This document shows, in pieces, positions 9,355 to 18,612 of a stretch of 26,868 nt of DNA. Position numbers and translations under genes: made by a program. The DNA is taken from NCBI GenBank assembly GCA_048938295.1, contig JBHLMI010000030.1:1-26868 (forward strand), written 5' to 3'. The notes below the pieces were generated by a model, which did no database searches, was not told where the DNA came from, and saw only the letters and a list, made by a program, of their open reading frames with translations. The stretch comes from Promethearchaeota archaeon (GTDB lineage: Archaea > Asgardarchaeota > Hermodarchaeia > Hermodarchaeales > Hermodarchaeaceae). Positions within the stretch are counted from its first letter, which is position 1, and each line of letters begins with the position of its first letter.

Positions 9355-9990
9355 ATGTCAGCACTGCTGCCCCGAAAACAGTTGGGAATATTGCTCAGTC
9401 AACTCAAAGGGTTTCCTGATCCTAGCCCGAATATAGAGCAATATGAGGTGTCGGATGATGTAGCTGCCACGATGGTCTTCACGGCTGCAACGTATGGAGA
9501 CATTGAAGACCGGAGCGTATATGATCTTGGTTGTGGTCCAGGACGCTTAGCCATTGGTGCCGCGTTATTGGGAGCCAGCAGAGTTGTTGGGGTCGATATT
9601 GATTCGAAAGTATTAAATGTCGCAAAACAAAACGCAGTTCAAGTTGGTGTGCAAGAGCGAATCGAATTCGTCGCACAAGCCATTGAGACACTTTCTGCTA
9701 AGGCAGATACCGTGCTGATGAATGCCCCATTTGGGGTTCAACGGGTTCACGCTGATCAACCGTTCCTCCAAAAGGCCTTGGAAATCGGCAAGGTGGTCTA
9801 TTCCTTGCATAAAGCCTCGGAAGGAGGGCGAAAATTCATCACCCGGTTTGTCTCAGATCTTGGAGGACGAATCTCATTTGTTCAAGAAATGTCGATGGCA
9901 CTTCCAGCGACCATGAACTTTCATGAGAAAAAACGGTATACCATTCAGGTTGATTTTTACCGAATAGAAAAACAGGAGGAAACTGTATGA
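9355..9990 (+). CDS. METTL5-like predicted RNA methyltransferase
   Basis: EQY, DLGCGPG, motif IV-like MNAPFG, DQPFLQKALE, VYSLHK; conserved position upstream of csl4. Confidence 0.88.
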   Translation: MSALLPRKQLGILLSQLKGFPDPSPNIEQYEVSDDVAATMVFTAATYGDIEDRSVYDLGCGPGRLAIGAALLGASRVVGVDIDSKVLNVAKQNAVQVGVQERIEFVAQAIETLSAKADTVLMNAPFGVQRVHADQPFLQKALEIGKVVYSLHKASEGGRKFITRFVSDLGGRISFVQEMSMALPATMNFHEKKRYTIQVDFYRIEKQEETV

Positions 9991-10601
9991 CCAGTCAACG
10001 TATCAAAGAAGGAGACTCGGTTTTACCCGGCGTAAGGCTAGGAGTGATTGAGGAGTTCCTGCCAGGTGAGGGAACCTTTCAAGATGAAGATGATGTCATA
10101 TACGCAAGCATAACTGGTATCGTTCACATAGATATGAAAGAACGGAAAATTAGTGTCGAGGCGACAACTCGGAAACCAGTATATCCGGAAAGAAATGACA
10201 TTGTCTTAGGTTTTGTACAAACCGTGACCAAAAAATCGGTCATCGTGAACATCTTTCAGATTGGAGACAAAGAATGTCCAGTCACCTTTTCTGGATACTT
10301 ATTTATCAAAAACGCCGCAGGAGGTTATGTCGATCAAATGCGTGACCTGTTTGCGCCTGGCGACCTCATTATTGCACGGGTACAACAGCAAGCAGATGGT
10401 CTCGCTCGCCTTTCAACGGTCGGCTCACGATTTGGAGTACTCCAAGCTAATTGTAGTCGATGCGGTGAACCCCTGCATTTACAGGGACAACGGCTCGAAT
10501 GTGTCGATTGTGGGAACTATGAACGGCGAAAACTCGCTCAAAATTACGGGAAGCTTCCTACTTCTGAAACTCGGATAGAGAAGGAAAAAGAGGCGGAATA
10601 A
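9987..10601 (+). CDS. csl4: Exosome complex RNA-binding protein Csl4
   Basis: VLPGVRLGVIEEFLPGEGT N-domain, S1-like middle region, FAPGDLIIARV, Zn ribbon CSRCG...CVDCGNYERRKLA. Confidence 0.94.
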   Translation: MTSQRIKEGDSVLPGVRLGVIEEFLPGEGTFQDEDDVIYASITGIVHIDMKERKISVEATTRKPVYPERNDIVLGFVQTVTKKSVIVNIFQIGDKECPVTFSGYLFIKNAAGGYVDQMRDLFAPGDLIIARVQQQADGLARLSTVGSRFGVLQANCSRCGEPLHLQGQRLECVDCGNYERRKLAQNYGKLPTSETRIEKEKEAE

Positions 10602-10616
10602 GGGGTCGAAGCTAGA

Positions 10617-10826
10617 GTGGCTCGTTGGATGAAAAAGAGCCTTACATTCACTATACCTGGTGGGCCAGCTCAAATCGATTTCATCGACCAGTTGAAACGA
10701 AAACTTAAAGTTAACTTCCACATCAAAGCTGACCAAAAAAGGCTTACAGTAACGTTGCGTGGGGATCCTGAAAACATCCGAAAGGCCGTTTCTCAAGCTC
10801 AAGGGATATTTCGCGATACCAAATAG
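10617..10826 (+). CDS. Small hypothetical protein, possibly like the DUF2067 N-terminal domain
   Basis: 69-aa ORF filling the csl4-rpo11 gap; the pattern LTVTLRGDPENIRKAV recalls the N-terminus of archaeal DUF2067 proteins. Confidence 0.6.
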   Translation: MARWMKKSLTFTIPGGPAQIDFIDQLKRKLKVNFHIKADQKRLTVTLRGDPENIRKAVSQAQGIFRDTK

Positions 10827-10863
10827 ATTATCTACTCTTCGCGAGTTCATGAGGTAAGCAAGA

Positions 10864-10871
10864 TTTTAAAA
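10864..10871 (+). promoter_or_regulatory. Candidate TATA box for rpo11
   Basis: TTTTAAAA about 50 nt upstream of the rpo11 start, preceded by a purine-rich stretch. Confidence 0.45.
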
Positions 10872-10927
10872 GCAAAGTTGTGTAGGGTTCGCCTACTCAA
10901 GAAACGTCGAATTAGGATTTGATGGCC

Positions 10928-11212
10928 ATGAACATCCACATCGTCAAAAACACTGCCAGGGAATTAGAGCTAGATATTGAAGGCGAAGGACATACCCTTT
11001 GTAATCCCCTTCGTGAAATCCTCTTCGAGGATAAGCACCTAACCTTTGCCGGCTATTCGGTTCCCCACCCACTTGAACGTAGTGCGAAGTTTATCGTGCG
11101 AACGGACGGAAAAGTAAAGGCCATCACCGTTTTCAAAAATGCAGCTCAAAAACTGATAGACCGTTCAGAGGAAATTCGCACGGAATTCAAAAAAGCCCTC
11201 AAAGCCGTGTGA
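10928..11212 (+). CDS. rpo11: RNA polymerase subunit Rpo11 (RpoL)
   Basis: IEGEGHTLCNPLR, FAGYSVPHPL. Start could be 10919 (TTG), 10922 or 10928 (ATG). Confidence 0.94.
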   Translation: MNIHIVKNTARELELDIEGEGHTLCNPLREILFEDKHLTFAGYSVPHPLERSAKFIVRTDGKVKAITVFKNAAQKLIDRSEEIRTEFKKALKAV

Positions 11213-11676
11213 CCGGCGTGTCGTTATTTGAGGATTTACGCGCACTTCTCGAAACCGAAGGTATCCATTCACTCGAGTCCGCTTTGAGACACAAAGAGTT
11301 AGCCAAGCTTGGAGATCCCCTTACGAACCTACTATTCTCTTTAGCTCTTTCGACTCATACCAAACGATTTGATGGACAAAAGGTGTCAGGAAAGATCCTC
11401 GCCATCGCAATTCGGCTAGCTGAACTCCGTCATTTGGCACCCTCTCGCCTTGATGCTCATGGACTAGGAGATTGCGTTGAGGCGATGATAGCGTATGGGT
11501 GGCTTCGCGGCTTTTTCACCATTCCTGAGGCAACTCGGACTCTTCATGAGCAATTTGTTCGAACTGGATTGGGAACAACCCAATCAAAGGCAGAACATAA
11601 TGAAGCAATTGCCATGGGATTCGCCGTGTTACTGAAACAAATATGGGAACACGAACAAGCTGACACCTCTCTGTAA
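11209..11676 (+). CDS. Archaeal Mini-RNase III-like (ribonuclease III family) protein
   Basis: LAKLGDPLTNLLFSLALS and HGLGDCVEAMIAYGWL match the RNase III signature pair; no dsRBD; GTGA overlap with rpo11. Confidence 0.8.
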   Translation: MTGVSLFEDLRALLETEGIHSLESALRHKELAKLGDPLTNLLFSLALSTHTKRFDGQKVSGKILAIAIRLAELRHLAPSRLDAHGLGDCVEAMIAYGWLRGFFTIPEATRTLHEQFVRTGLGTTQSKAEHNEAIAMGFAVLLKQIWEHEQADTSL

Positions 11677-11743
11677 AGCCAATACATTCTTATGCAATTT
11701 CTCGTATGCTTTCTAACCCTTGCCAGTCCGGAGATTAGATTAG

Positions 11744-12088
11744 ATGGAATTTTGCCCTAAATGCTCAAGTATTCTCATTCCCCAAAAAAATGGAGACAAG
11801 AAAGTTTTATTCTGTCAGACTTGCGGTTACTCCAAGCCTCTCACCTCAAAAGATGAAAAGGAGTATCGATACGGAGACAAGATTAATCATATCCCTGAAA
11901 AGGAAGAGGTTTTTGTCATCGATGAGGAAATGCTTGAACAACGAACCATGCCCACCGTTCGTGCTATTTGTCCAAAATGTGGGCATAAGGAAGCCTATTA
12001 TTGGCAGGTTCAGACCCGGTCTGGAGATGAAGCAATGACCACGTTTTATCGCTGCACCAACTGCGGTCAAACTTGGCGCGAATACTAA
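11744..12088 (+). CDS. tfs: Transcription factor S (TFS, RpoM/TFIIS homolog)
   Basis: Two Zn ribbons (FCPKC...CQTCG; CPKCG...CTNCG) and QTRSGDEAMTTFY with the acidic DE dyad intact. Confidence 0.95.
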   Translation: MEFCPKCSSILIPQKNGDKKVLFCQTCGYSKPLTSKDEKEYRYGDKINHIPEKEEVFVIDEEMLEQRTMPTVRAICPKCGHKEAYYWQVQTRSGDEAMTTFYRCTNCGQTWREY

Positions 12089-12104
12089 TCTGAGGACAGG
12101 AATT

Positions 12105-13325
12105 CTACCCCCAAATGAGGTGGGGGAGAAAACGGGTTTTTGTTATTAGCAAGCCTAGGACGCTTCGTAATAACACAGGGGAGGTAAAGGCAGTCCTAAT
12201 AAGTCGACCTTGGTGGTCAATATCTCCTTGGTCTTCGATGATTTGCCGAGTGCGGCTGTGCTGGAGGCTAGAAAAAAGGTGATCGAGTTCTTCGTTGGTG
12301 AGAGTGTTAATTAATCGGCGAAGGAGGGACATCAGATGGAGTTGGCGGCCCCAACTCCGTTTCCATCTGCGCTCATAGCGTTGGAGTTCTGTATGGTTAT
12401 AGGATTCGCCGTGAAGGGCTTGGTGAATACTTGAAGCAGCCATGATTGCACAGGCACCACCGGCAACTACTCCGCCACCAGTGGTTGCTTTCGTTTGACC
12501 CGCGGCGTCTCCGATATTCACGAAGCGTTCGGCAATTGTACGCGAGGAAGGACCTCCTGAATAAACAATGCCTCCATAGCGTTGGTCAATCTTTGCCCCT
12601 GCGATGAGACGACAACCCTTGAGGAATTTGTTTAATGCTGAGGGTGCCTGGTTCTTAGCCGTCGCTAAGCCAACCCGTGCATGGTGCGCGTCAAGGGGAA
12701 TCACCCAGGCAAAGAAGTCCTTTGCAAGTTGGGTGTCAAAAAACAAGTGCACAGTATCTGTCGGTAATGAGATGTTCGAGACTTCATATTGGAGGGCAGG
12801 TAGCATATAGGCTCGTTTTGGTCTAGGTAAGTTGAAAGGTTTCATCAGTTGTGCATTGATTCCTTCAGCGTTAACTACCAGGTGAGTGCGAAGTTCGCGG
12901 GTTTTCCCCTTTTCAGTGATTTGAAGATGCATCGCATCGTGTTCATGGCGGATTTTGGTAACCTTCGTTTCTAGTTGTAAGGTGGCACCCGCCATCTGGG
13001 CTTCTTTGGCAATTTGTTGATCCAATCGGTCTCGATGAAGGACAAAGGCATGTGGTTCCCCTTTATCGAGGATTAATTGTGCTCCAGAAGGTGAGTGGAA
13101 GATTGATCGGCGCACTCGCTGGAGTACAGCATCGGAATGGGGAATTATACCATTGTTCCTCAATCCTTCGATGCCGATGAGCCCTGCACAGTGAACAGGT
13201 TGACCCACGTTTGGATGCTCTTCGAGAAGTAAAACTGAATGATCTTTACGTGCCAGCTGTCGGGCTGCAAGACTTCCAGCTGGTCCTGCACCCACTACGA
13301 CAACATCTGCATCCACAGCCATCAC
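12105..13325 (-). CDS. Geranylgeranyl reductase-family FAD-dependent oxidoreductase
   Basis: VVGAGPAG, HCAGLI, FAWVIP, GDAAGQTKATTGGG. Confidence 0.9.
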   Translation of the reverse strand: MMAVDADVVVVGAGPAGSLAARQLARKDHSVLLLEEHPNVGQPVHCAGLIGIEGLRNNGIIPHSDAVLQRVRRSIFHSPSGAQLILDKGEPHAFVLHRDRLDQQIAKEAQMAGATLQLETKVTKIRHEHDAMHLQITEKGKTRELRTHLVVNAEGINAQLMKPFNLPRPKRAYMLPALQYEVSNISLPTDTVHLFFDTQLAKDFFAWVIPLDAHHARVGLATAKNQAPSALNKFLKGCRLIAGAKIDQRYGGIVYSGGPSSRTIAERFVNIGDAAGQTKATTGGGVVAGGACAIMAASSIHQALHGESYNHTELQRYERRWKRSWGRQLHLMSLLRRLINTLTNEELDHLFSSLQHSRTRQIIEDQGDIDHQGRLIRTAFTSPVLLRSVLGLLITKTRFLPHLIWG

Positions 13326-13434
13326 TAGCCCATTTTAGTTTGAGAGTTGTGTGATATCAGACAACGCCCTAATTTTTAAATCGTTTTCAGTCATGACTAA
13401 GTACTTAAAGGAATTAACAGAGGGTTGCGATGAG

Positions 13435-13827
13435 ATGGAGAATGTGAATCCAGCAAGAAAAATCGTTGAGGAGTTTGAATATAAGCAGATGTTGGTGATC
13501 CGAACGGATTTGAAGATGAGTCGCGGGAAACTTGCTGTACAGGTAGCCCATGCGGCTGTTTCTTCTGCCGAAGAGGCAAGGAAACATGCACCCGCCTCAT
13601 GGCGAAAGTGGCTCTGGGAGGGGCAAAAGAAGGTCGCCGTTAAGGTTCCGACCGAAGCCGATTTGGTTGCTCTTTATGAGAACGCGCAACGCGCTGGATT
13701 GCCAAGCTATTTAGTTCGTGACAGGGGTCTCACCGAGTTACCTCCAGGAACGATAACTGTCCTAGGAATTGGTCCCGCTCCTGTAAAGAACGTGGACAAG
13801 ATTACAAGCAAGTTACAACTACTTTGA
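13435..13827 (+). CDS. pth2: Peptidyl-tRNA hydrolase Pth2
   Basis: YKQMLVIRTDLKMSRGKLAVQVAHA, GQKKVAVK, VRDRGLTELPPGTITVLGIGP. Start likely ATG 13435; the track's GTG 13351 extends across the divergent promoter. Confidence 0.95.
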   Translation: MENVNPARKIVEEFEYKQMLVIRTDLKMSRGKLAVQVAHAAVSSAEEARKHAPASWRKWLWEGQKKVAVKVPTEADLVALYENAQRAGLPSYLVRDRGLTELPPGTITVLGIGPAPVKNVDKITSKLQLL

Positions 13828-13835
13828 TCTGATCG

Positions 13836-15140
13836 GTGGATTATGTGCGTGGTCAAGAATATGAAACCCACATTGGAATGAAGGTCTATACAACTCCAAC
13901 ACCGGGTATTGGTGGGCGTCTCAGAAAAACACCTGAGGATTTTGTTGTCCAAGAAATCGGGTTAGATGATTCAATTGCTCCCCTCGAGCCCTCTGACCAA
14001 GAATTCGTTGATCAACTTGGGAAATTTACTGCCTTTTTTCTTGTGAAACGGAATCTCGATTCGATTCAAGCAATTCGTCGTCTCAGTAGGTCCATGGGTG
14101 TGAGTTACAAACGCTTCTCGTATGCGGGAATAAAGGATCGACGAGCAGTTACCTCCCAGCGAGTATCATATCGGGGAGCACCACACGATCTTGTTGGACG
14201 AGAGGACCCACAGCTCTTAATCTTACACCCACACCGAGTACCAAGGTCTATTGTTCCAGGGGCTTTGAAAGGGAACCGATTCACTATCATTGTTCGTGAT
14301 GTAGCTCTTTCAGCTAGGGAAGTGCAGCAGCGTTTAGAGAAGGTCCAACAGGAAATAAGACAAGCAGGGGGCGTGCTGAATTTTTTTGGTCCACAACGCT
14401 TTGGAGTAACGCGCCCCAACACGCACCTCATCGGAAAAGAAATCGTTCAAGGTAACTTCGAGGAGGCAGTCCGCATTCTCCTCGAAGACCCCGAATCCTC
14501 AAAAGACGACGAAGAGTCGACATTGATAGAAGATTTCGCGCCAGGGACTTATGAGCGAGCAATTGGGCATTACTTGAATAAACACCCAGGAAGATTCAAG
14601 GATAGTTTTCAGGTGTTGCCAAAGGATTTGGTCAGACTCTATGTGCATGCCTACCAATCTTTCATCTTTAACCAGGTCATTAGCGAAAGAGTGGCCCGTA
14701 GAATCTCCTTACAGGAGCCAATTGTTGGTGATTTCACAATGGCTCATTCGGGGGAGATACACACAGTGCGGATGGTGACAGAGGACACGCAACCACAAAC
14801 ACAGCAGGAAGTAGAAAATGGAACGCGCATCCTGGTGGTCCCGCTCATTGGTTTTGACTTCGAGCATGTTCCGCTAGAAGGGAGTATAGGCGAAATTATC
14901 AATTCAATTCTGAAAACTGAAAACATCACGCCCTCCCACTTCCGAATCGTAGAGATGCCCGGATTTAGTTCCCGGGGAACTTTTCGACCACTATTAATCA
15001 CCCCAGATAATCTACAGTTAGTGGTGATTGGTTCGAACGATGATACGTCAGTCCGGGTACAGTTTGACCTACCAAAGGGAGGCTACGCATCAGTGATTCT
15101 GCGGGAGTTCATGAAGCCTGACTCACCTACTCAACTCTGA
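13836..15140 (+). CDS. truD: tRNA pseudouridine(13) synthase TruD/Pus7
   Basis: PEDFVVQE, YAGIKDRRAVT (catalytic Asp), LKGNRFTI, NFFGPQRFG, HAYQSFIFN, FDLPKGGYASVILRE. Confidence 0.96.
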   Translation: MDYVRGQEYETHIGMKVYTTPTPGIGGRLRKTPEDFVVQEIGLDDSIAPLEPSDQEFVDQLGKFTAFFLVKRNLDSIQAIRRLSRSMGVSYKRFSYAGIKDRRAVTSQRVSYRGAPHDLVGREDPQLLILHPHRVPRSIVPGALKGNRFTIIVRDVALSAREVQQRLEKVQQEIRQAGGVLNFFGPQRFGVTRPNTHLIGKEIVQGNFEEAVRILLEDPESSKDDEESTLIEDFAPGTYERAIGHYLNKHPGRFKDSFQVLPKDLVRLYVHAYQSFIFNQVISERVARRISLQEPIVGDFTMAHSGEIHTVRMVTEDTQPQTQQEVENGTRILVVPLIGFDFEHVPLEGSIGEIINSILKTENITPSHFRIVEMPGFSSRGTFRPLLITPDNLQLVVIGSNDDTSVRVQFDLPKGGYASVILREFMKPDSPTQL

Positions 15141-15148
15141 TGTTGGAT

Positions 15149-15658
15149 TTAATCGAACACAATCCGGATCCTTTCATTCGTCATTTCATAAATTGCATTT
15201 TCTAACTGTGTGAGCGAGAGAGGGATTCTATCACGTTCCCGTTCGCTTATCCGTACTATGCGTTCGAAGCTATTGTCGGGAAGCCAGATGGTGTTGACTC
15301 CAAGAATCCGGACTGGTCGGATTAGATCCCGAAGGATATCTTGAGGGTTACGACTTTCTTCCACAATTCTAACTTGGGCTTTGAGTTCCTCTTCTAACTG
15401 GCGTAAAACCCGTCTGCTGGAGCCGAGGATGCGACGAACATCTCCTTTGGCAACGAGCACGATGATGACTCCATTAATTTCTACTACTCGTTTGAAAGTG
15501 ACATTTTTGATGGAGGGAAAAAGGTCTTCTAAATTGGTTAGAGCTCGTGCTACCTTGACGCCGAGTTCAGTAATTTCGCCTTCATCGATCTTTTCTTGGC
15601 AATTACCACAGATGAGCGGATAGTTTTTCAAACAAATTTCACAGAGCGGAGATTTCAC
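15149..15658 (-). CDS. NusA-like transcription elongation factor (archaeal type with Cys-rich N-terminus and KH domains)
   Basis: MKSPLCEICLK...CGNCQ N-terminus; KH-like ILG...VLRQLEEEL...VRIVE...LIRPVRILGVNTIWLP. Confidence 0.82.
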   Translation of the reverse strand: MKSPLCEICLKNYPLICGNCQEKIDEGEITELGVKVARALTNLEDLFPSIKNVTFKRVVEINGVIIVLVAKGDVRRILGSSRRVLRQLEEELKAQVRIVEESRNPQDILRDLIRPVRILGVNTIWLPDNSFERIVRISERERDRIPLSLTQLENAIYEMTNERIRIVFD

Positions 15659-15859
15659 GGTTATGCCTTCTCTTTCTAGCGCATATGAGCAACAGATAGA
15701 TTCGTTGAGAGGGCTACAGCTAGAGGGTTAAAAAACGTTCCTCTCTCTTGATTCATTGGTGCCCCTTGTCATATTAGTGCGATTTACTTTACACAAGAAC
15801 AATGCTGAAAAGGCAATGCCCCTACTCGTCAACTACACATTCTAATAGGTGTGGACTGA

Positions 15860-16348
15860 TTGGAACTAGTTGACAGAGTTGTACGATTAACGGAACGGCA
15901 GCTTGAGATTTTGCGAAAACTCTATCAGGCGAGCATTCCGATGTCGGTGCAAACCGTTATTCGAACGCAAATGGAGTTAGCCAAAGAGCTGAAGATTACA
16001 CGACAGGCGTTGAGCAACCATTTACGCAAGCTTCGTGGCCTCAAGCTTATTCGAACCGGTCGCGGATTCATTGACTTATCACCCGATTCTCTTCGGCTAT
16101 TAGGGAAATCCACTGATCAAGCACTGGTCTTTTTGAAAGTTGAACCAAAATCACGATACGATGTCTATGAACATTTAAAACAGCTTAATCCCATTCGTCT
16201 TCACCGTGTGACAGGATCGGTGGACATCGTGGTTGCTGTCGGTGGGGCTGAACTAGCAGAGTTTTTATCGAAAGCCGCTGACATCGATGGGGTCGTCGAG
16301 ACATCAACCCATACTGTACTCACAACCTGGACGCCTGAAACCGTTTAA
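15860..16348 (+). CDS. Lrp/AsnC-family transcriptional regulator (wHTH plus RAM/AsnC domain)
   Basis: TQMELAKELKITRQALSNHLRKL HTH, RTGRGFIDL wing, C-terminal HRVTGSVDIVV...GVVETSTHTVL. Confidence 0.85.
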   Translation: MELVDRVVRLTERQLEILRKLYQASIPMSVQTVIRTQMELAKELKITRQALSNHLRKLRGLKLIRTGRGFIDLSPDSLRLLGKSTDQALVFLKVEPKSRYDVYEHLKQLNPIRLHRVTGSVDIVVAVGGAELAEFLSKAADIDGVVETSTHTVLTTWTPETV

Positions 16349-16360
16349 TGGTGAGTTTTC

Positions 16361-17512
16361 ATGCGACTTTTTGAATATGAAGCAAAAGATGCGTTTCGCC
16401 AAGTGGGATTACCGCTTCCCTCATCGGGATTGGCAACCACAGCCGAAGAAGCCGCTAAAATCGCCAAGGAACTGGGAGGTCCTGTTGTCATCAAAGCCCA
16501 AGTTTTAGTAGGAGGCCGAGGAAAAGCAGGTGGAATTAAGTTCGCAGACACCCCTGAAGAAGCTAAGACAGTGGCGGAAGAACTCCTTCAAATGACGATT
16601 CATGAGCACCCAGTTCTTCGGGTCCTTGTTGAGCAACGCCTTGAAATTCAACAGGAAATCTACTTGGGAATCACCATTGACCGATCCCAGCGCCGTCCGG
16701 TAGCTATCTGTAGTACGATGGGTGGCGTGGATATTGAACAGGTCGCTGAAAAGCACCCTGAAAAAATCGCTCGGTTTTGGGTTGACCCGGTTTTAGGACT
16801 GCGGGATTTTGAAGCGCGGAATATCGCTAAAACCGCAGGCTTTGGGGGCAAGGCGATGGTTCAAGTTGCTGACATGTTGCTTAGGCTTTGGCAAGTGTTC
16901 ATCCAAAATGATGCAGAACTGACTGAAATTAATCCACTGATTGTAACAGCTAAGGGCGAGTACATTGCCGCTGACGCCCGGTTGAACGTCGATGATAACT
17001 CCTTGTTTCGTCACAAAACGCTAGCGGAGAGAGTCAGTTTAGGAATTTCAGAGCAAACTGACCTTGAGCAACGAGCCCAAAAAGCGGGGATGACCTACGT
17101 CGAATTAGATGGAAATATCGGAATCATCGGTAATGGCGCTGGACTCGTGATGGCAACAATGGACGCTGTCAAATACTATGGTGGTGCCCCAGCCAATTTC
17201 CTTGACGTTGGAGGTGGCGCGACCGCAGACCGTATGAGCCAGGCGCTTGATATCGTGTTGTCTCATCCTGACGTGGAGGCTGTTTTCATCAATATTTTGG
17301 GTGGTATTACCCGATGCGATGAAATCGCCCAAGGTATCGTCGATGCCCAGCCAAAATTACCACGTAAGGCACCAATTGTCATTCGGATGATTGGAACCCG
17401 CGAAAAAGAAGGCGCTACGATTTTAGAAGCGGCTAATATCCCCTTCTTAGGTTCCATGGACACTGCAGCCAAACGTGTTGTTAACCTTGTTTCGGAGACT
17501 GATTCAGCATGA
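16361..17512 (+). CDS. sucC: Succinate--CoA ligase (ADP-forming) beta subunit
   Basis: MRLFEYEAK, KAQVLVGGRGKAGG, EINPL, GNGAGLVMATMD, PANFLDVGGGA, NILGGITRCDE. Confidence 0.95.
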   Translation: MRLFEYEAKDAFRQVGLPLPSSGLATTAEEAAKIAKELGGPVVIKAQVLVGGRGKAGGIKFADTPEEAKTVAEELLQMTIHEHPVLRVLVEQRLEIQQEIYLGITIDRSQRRPVAICSTMGGVDIEQVAEKHPEKIARFWVDPVLGLRDFEARNIAKTAGFGGKAMVQVADMLLRLWQVFIQNDAELTEINPLIVTAKGEYIAADARLNVDDNSLFRHKTLAERVSLGISEQTDLEQRAQKAGMTYVELDGNIGIIGNGAGLVMATMDAVKYYGGAPANFLDVGGGATADRMSQALDIVLSHPDVEAVFINILGGITRCDEIAQGIVDAQPKLPRKAPIVIRMIGTREKEGATILEAANIPFLGSMDTAAKRVVNLVSETDSA

Positions 17513-18378
17513 CGATTTTGATTGACAAAGAAACAAGGATTTTGGTTCAAGGTATTACTGGTCGTGAAGGCCAGTTTCATACACAAGCTATGCTCGAGTA
17601 CGGTTCTTCCGTAGTTGCTGGTACAACACCAGGAAAAGGTGGACTGGAAATCGAAGGGCTACCAGTTTTCGATAGCGTCCTAGAAGCGAAGGAACAATTC
17701 CCGGAGCTTAACGCCTCGATAATCTTCGTTCCTGCCCGATTTGCAGCTGATGCAGCCACTGAAGCTGTTGATGCTGGCCTGAAGGTTGTCACAGTGATTA
17801 CCGAACACATCCCCGTCCATGATGAGATGCGATTCATTGAACTAGCCCGTCGACAAGGAAGCTATATCATTGGACCAAATACCCCAGGGATCATTTCACC
17901 AGGGCAATGCAAACTTGGAATCATGCCCGCCCACGTCTTTACACCAGGACGGATAGGATTAATATCACGTAGCGGAACACTCACTTATGAGGTAGCAGCT
18001 AGCCTCACTGATGCGGGTTTTGGCCAATCCACCGCAATCGGGTTGGGAGGCGATCCCATCGTTGGGATGTCATTTGTAGATGCGCTCAAACTCTTTGAAG
18101 AGGACAAGGAAACCAACGCCACCGTCCTCATCGGGGAAATTGGTGGGAGTGCCGAAGAAGAAGCTGCCATGTACATCAAAGAAAACATCACGAAGCCCGT
18201 CATCGCCTATATCGCAGGACGCACCGCACCAAAGGGTAAACGCATGGGGCATGCGGGAGCCATTGTGAGCGGAAAAACAGGAACCGCTGATGGGAAAATC
18301 AAGGCATTGCGGAAAGCAGGGGTGACCGTCATCGAACGCCCTATCGACGTTGACGAGACCTTACAGAAAATCCTCTAA
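17509..18378 (+). CDS. sucD: Succinate--CoA ligase alpha subunit
   Basis: VQGITGREG, ITEHIP, IGPNTPG, SRSGTLTYE, GLGGDP, MGHAGA (phospho-His). Confidence 0.96.
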   Translation: MTILIDKETRILVQGITGREGQFHTQAMLEYGSSVVAGTTPGKGGLEIEGLPVFDSVLEAKEQFPELNASIIFVPARFAADAATEAVDAGLKVVTVITEHIPVHDEMRFIELARRQGSYIIGPNTPGIISPGQCKLGIMPAHVFTPGRIGLISRSGTLTYEVAASLTDAGFGQSTAIGLGGDPIVGMSFVDALKLFEEDKETNATVLIGEIGGSAEEEAAMYIKENITKPVIAYIAGRTAPKGKRMGHAGAIVSGKTGTADGKIKALRKAGVTVIERPIDVDETLQKIL

Positions 18379-18392
18379 TCCTCGCGATATCC

Positions 18393-18399
18393 TTTTAAG
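18393..18399 (+). promoter_or_regulatory. Candidate TATA box for the rpl40e-tRNA-Val unit
   Basis: TTTTAAG 38 nt upstream of the rpl40e ATG, with SD AGGTGA at 18426-18431. The same heptamer precedes rpl38e. Confidence 0.5.
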
Positions 18400-18436
18400 G
18401 CACCAAAGGAATCCGCACCCCCGTTAGGTGAATACG

Positions 18437-18598
18437 ATGCCTGTTGCTGATCCAGAAAAACGCCGCATTGCCCTGCAACATCTACTCTACGTCAGCATTT
18501 GTCGTGATTGTGGAGCGAAAAACCCCTTCAAGGCAACCAAGTGTCGTCGCTGCCACCGCAAAGATCTCCGACCTAAACGACGTGAACTCTCAAGGTAG
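18437..18598 (+). CDS. rpl40e: 50S ribosomal protein L40e (eL40); absent from the ORF track (53 aa)
   Basis: Manual translation MPVADPEKRRIALQHLLYVSICRDCGAKNPFKATKCRRCHRKDLRPKRRELSR*. C4 Zn finger ICRxCGAxN..A.KCRRC...LRPK; AGGTGA SD upstream. Confidence 0.95.
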   Translation: MPVADPEKRRIALQHLLYVSICRDCGAKNPFKATKCRRCHRKDLRPKRRELSR

Positions 18599-18612
18599 TC
18601 GTACACCTCGTA

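Noticed and set aside
13351-13434. 28-aa N-terminal extension of Pth2 in the track
   Set aside because: It spans the AT-rich divergent promoter with the GGR gene; Pth2 similarity begins only after ATG 13435.
15718-15855. Weak inverted repeats in the nusA-like/Lrp divergent region as Lrp operators
   Set aside because: Arms are short and imperfect (4-6 bp) and cannot be told from chance by eye.
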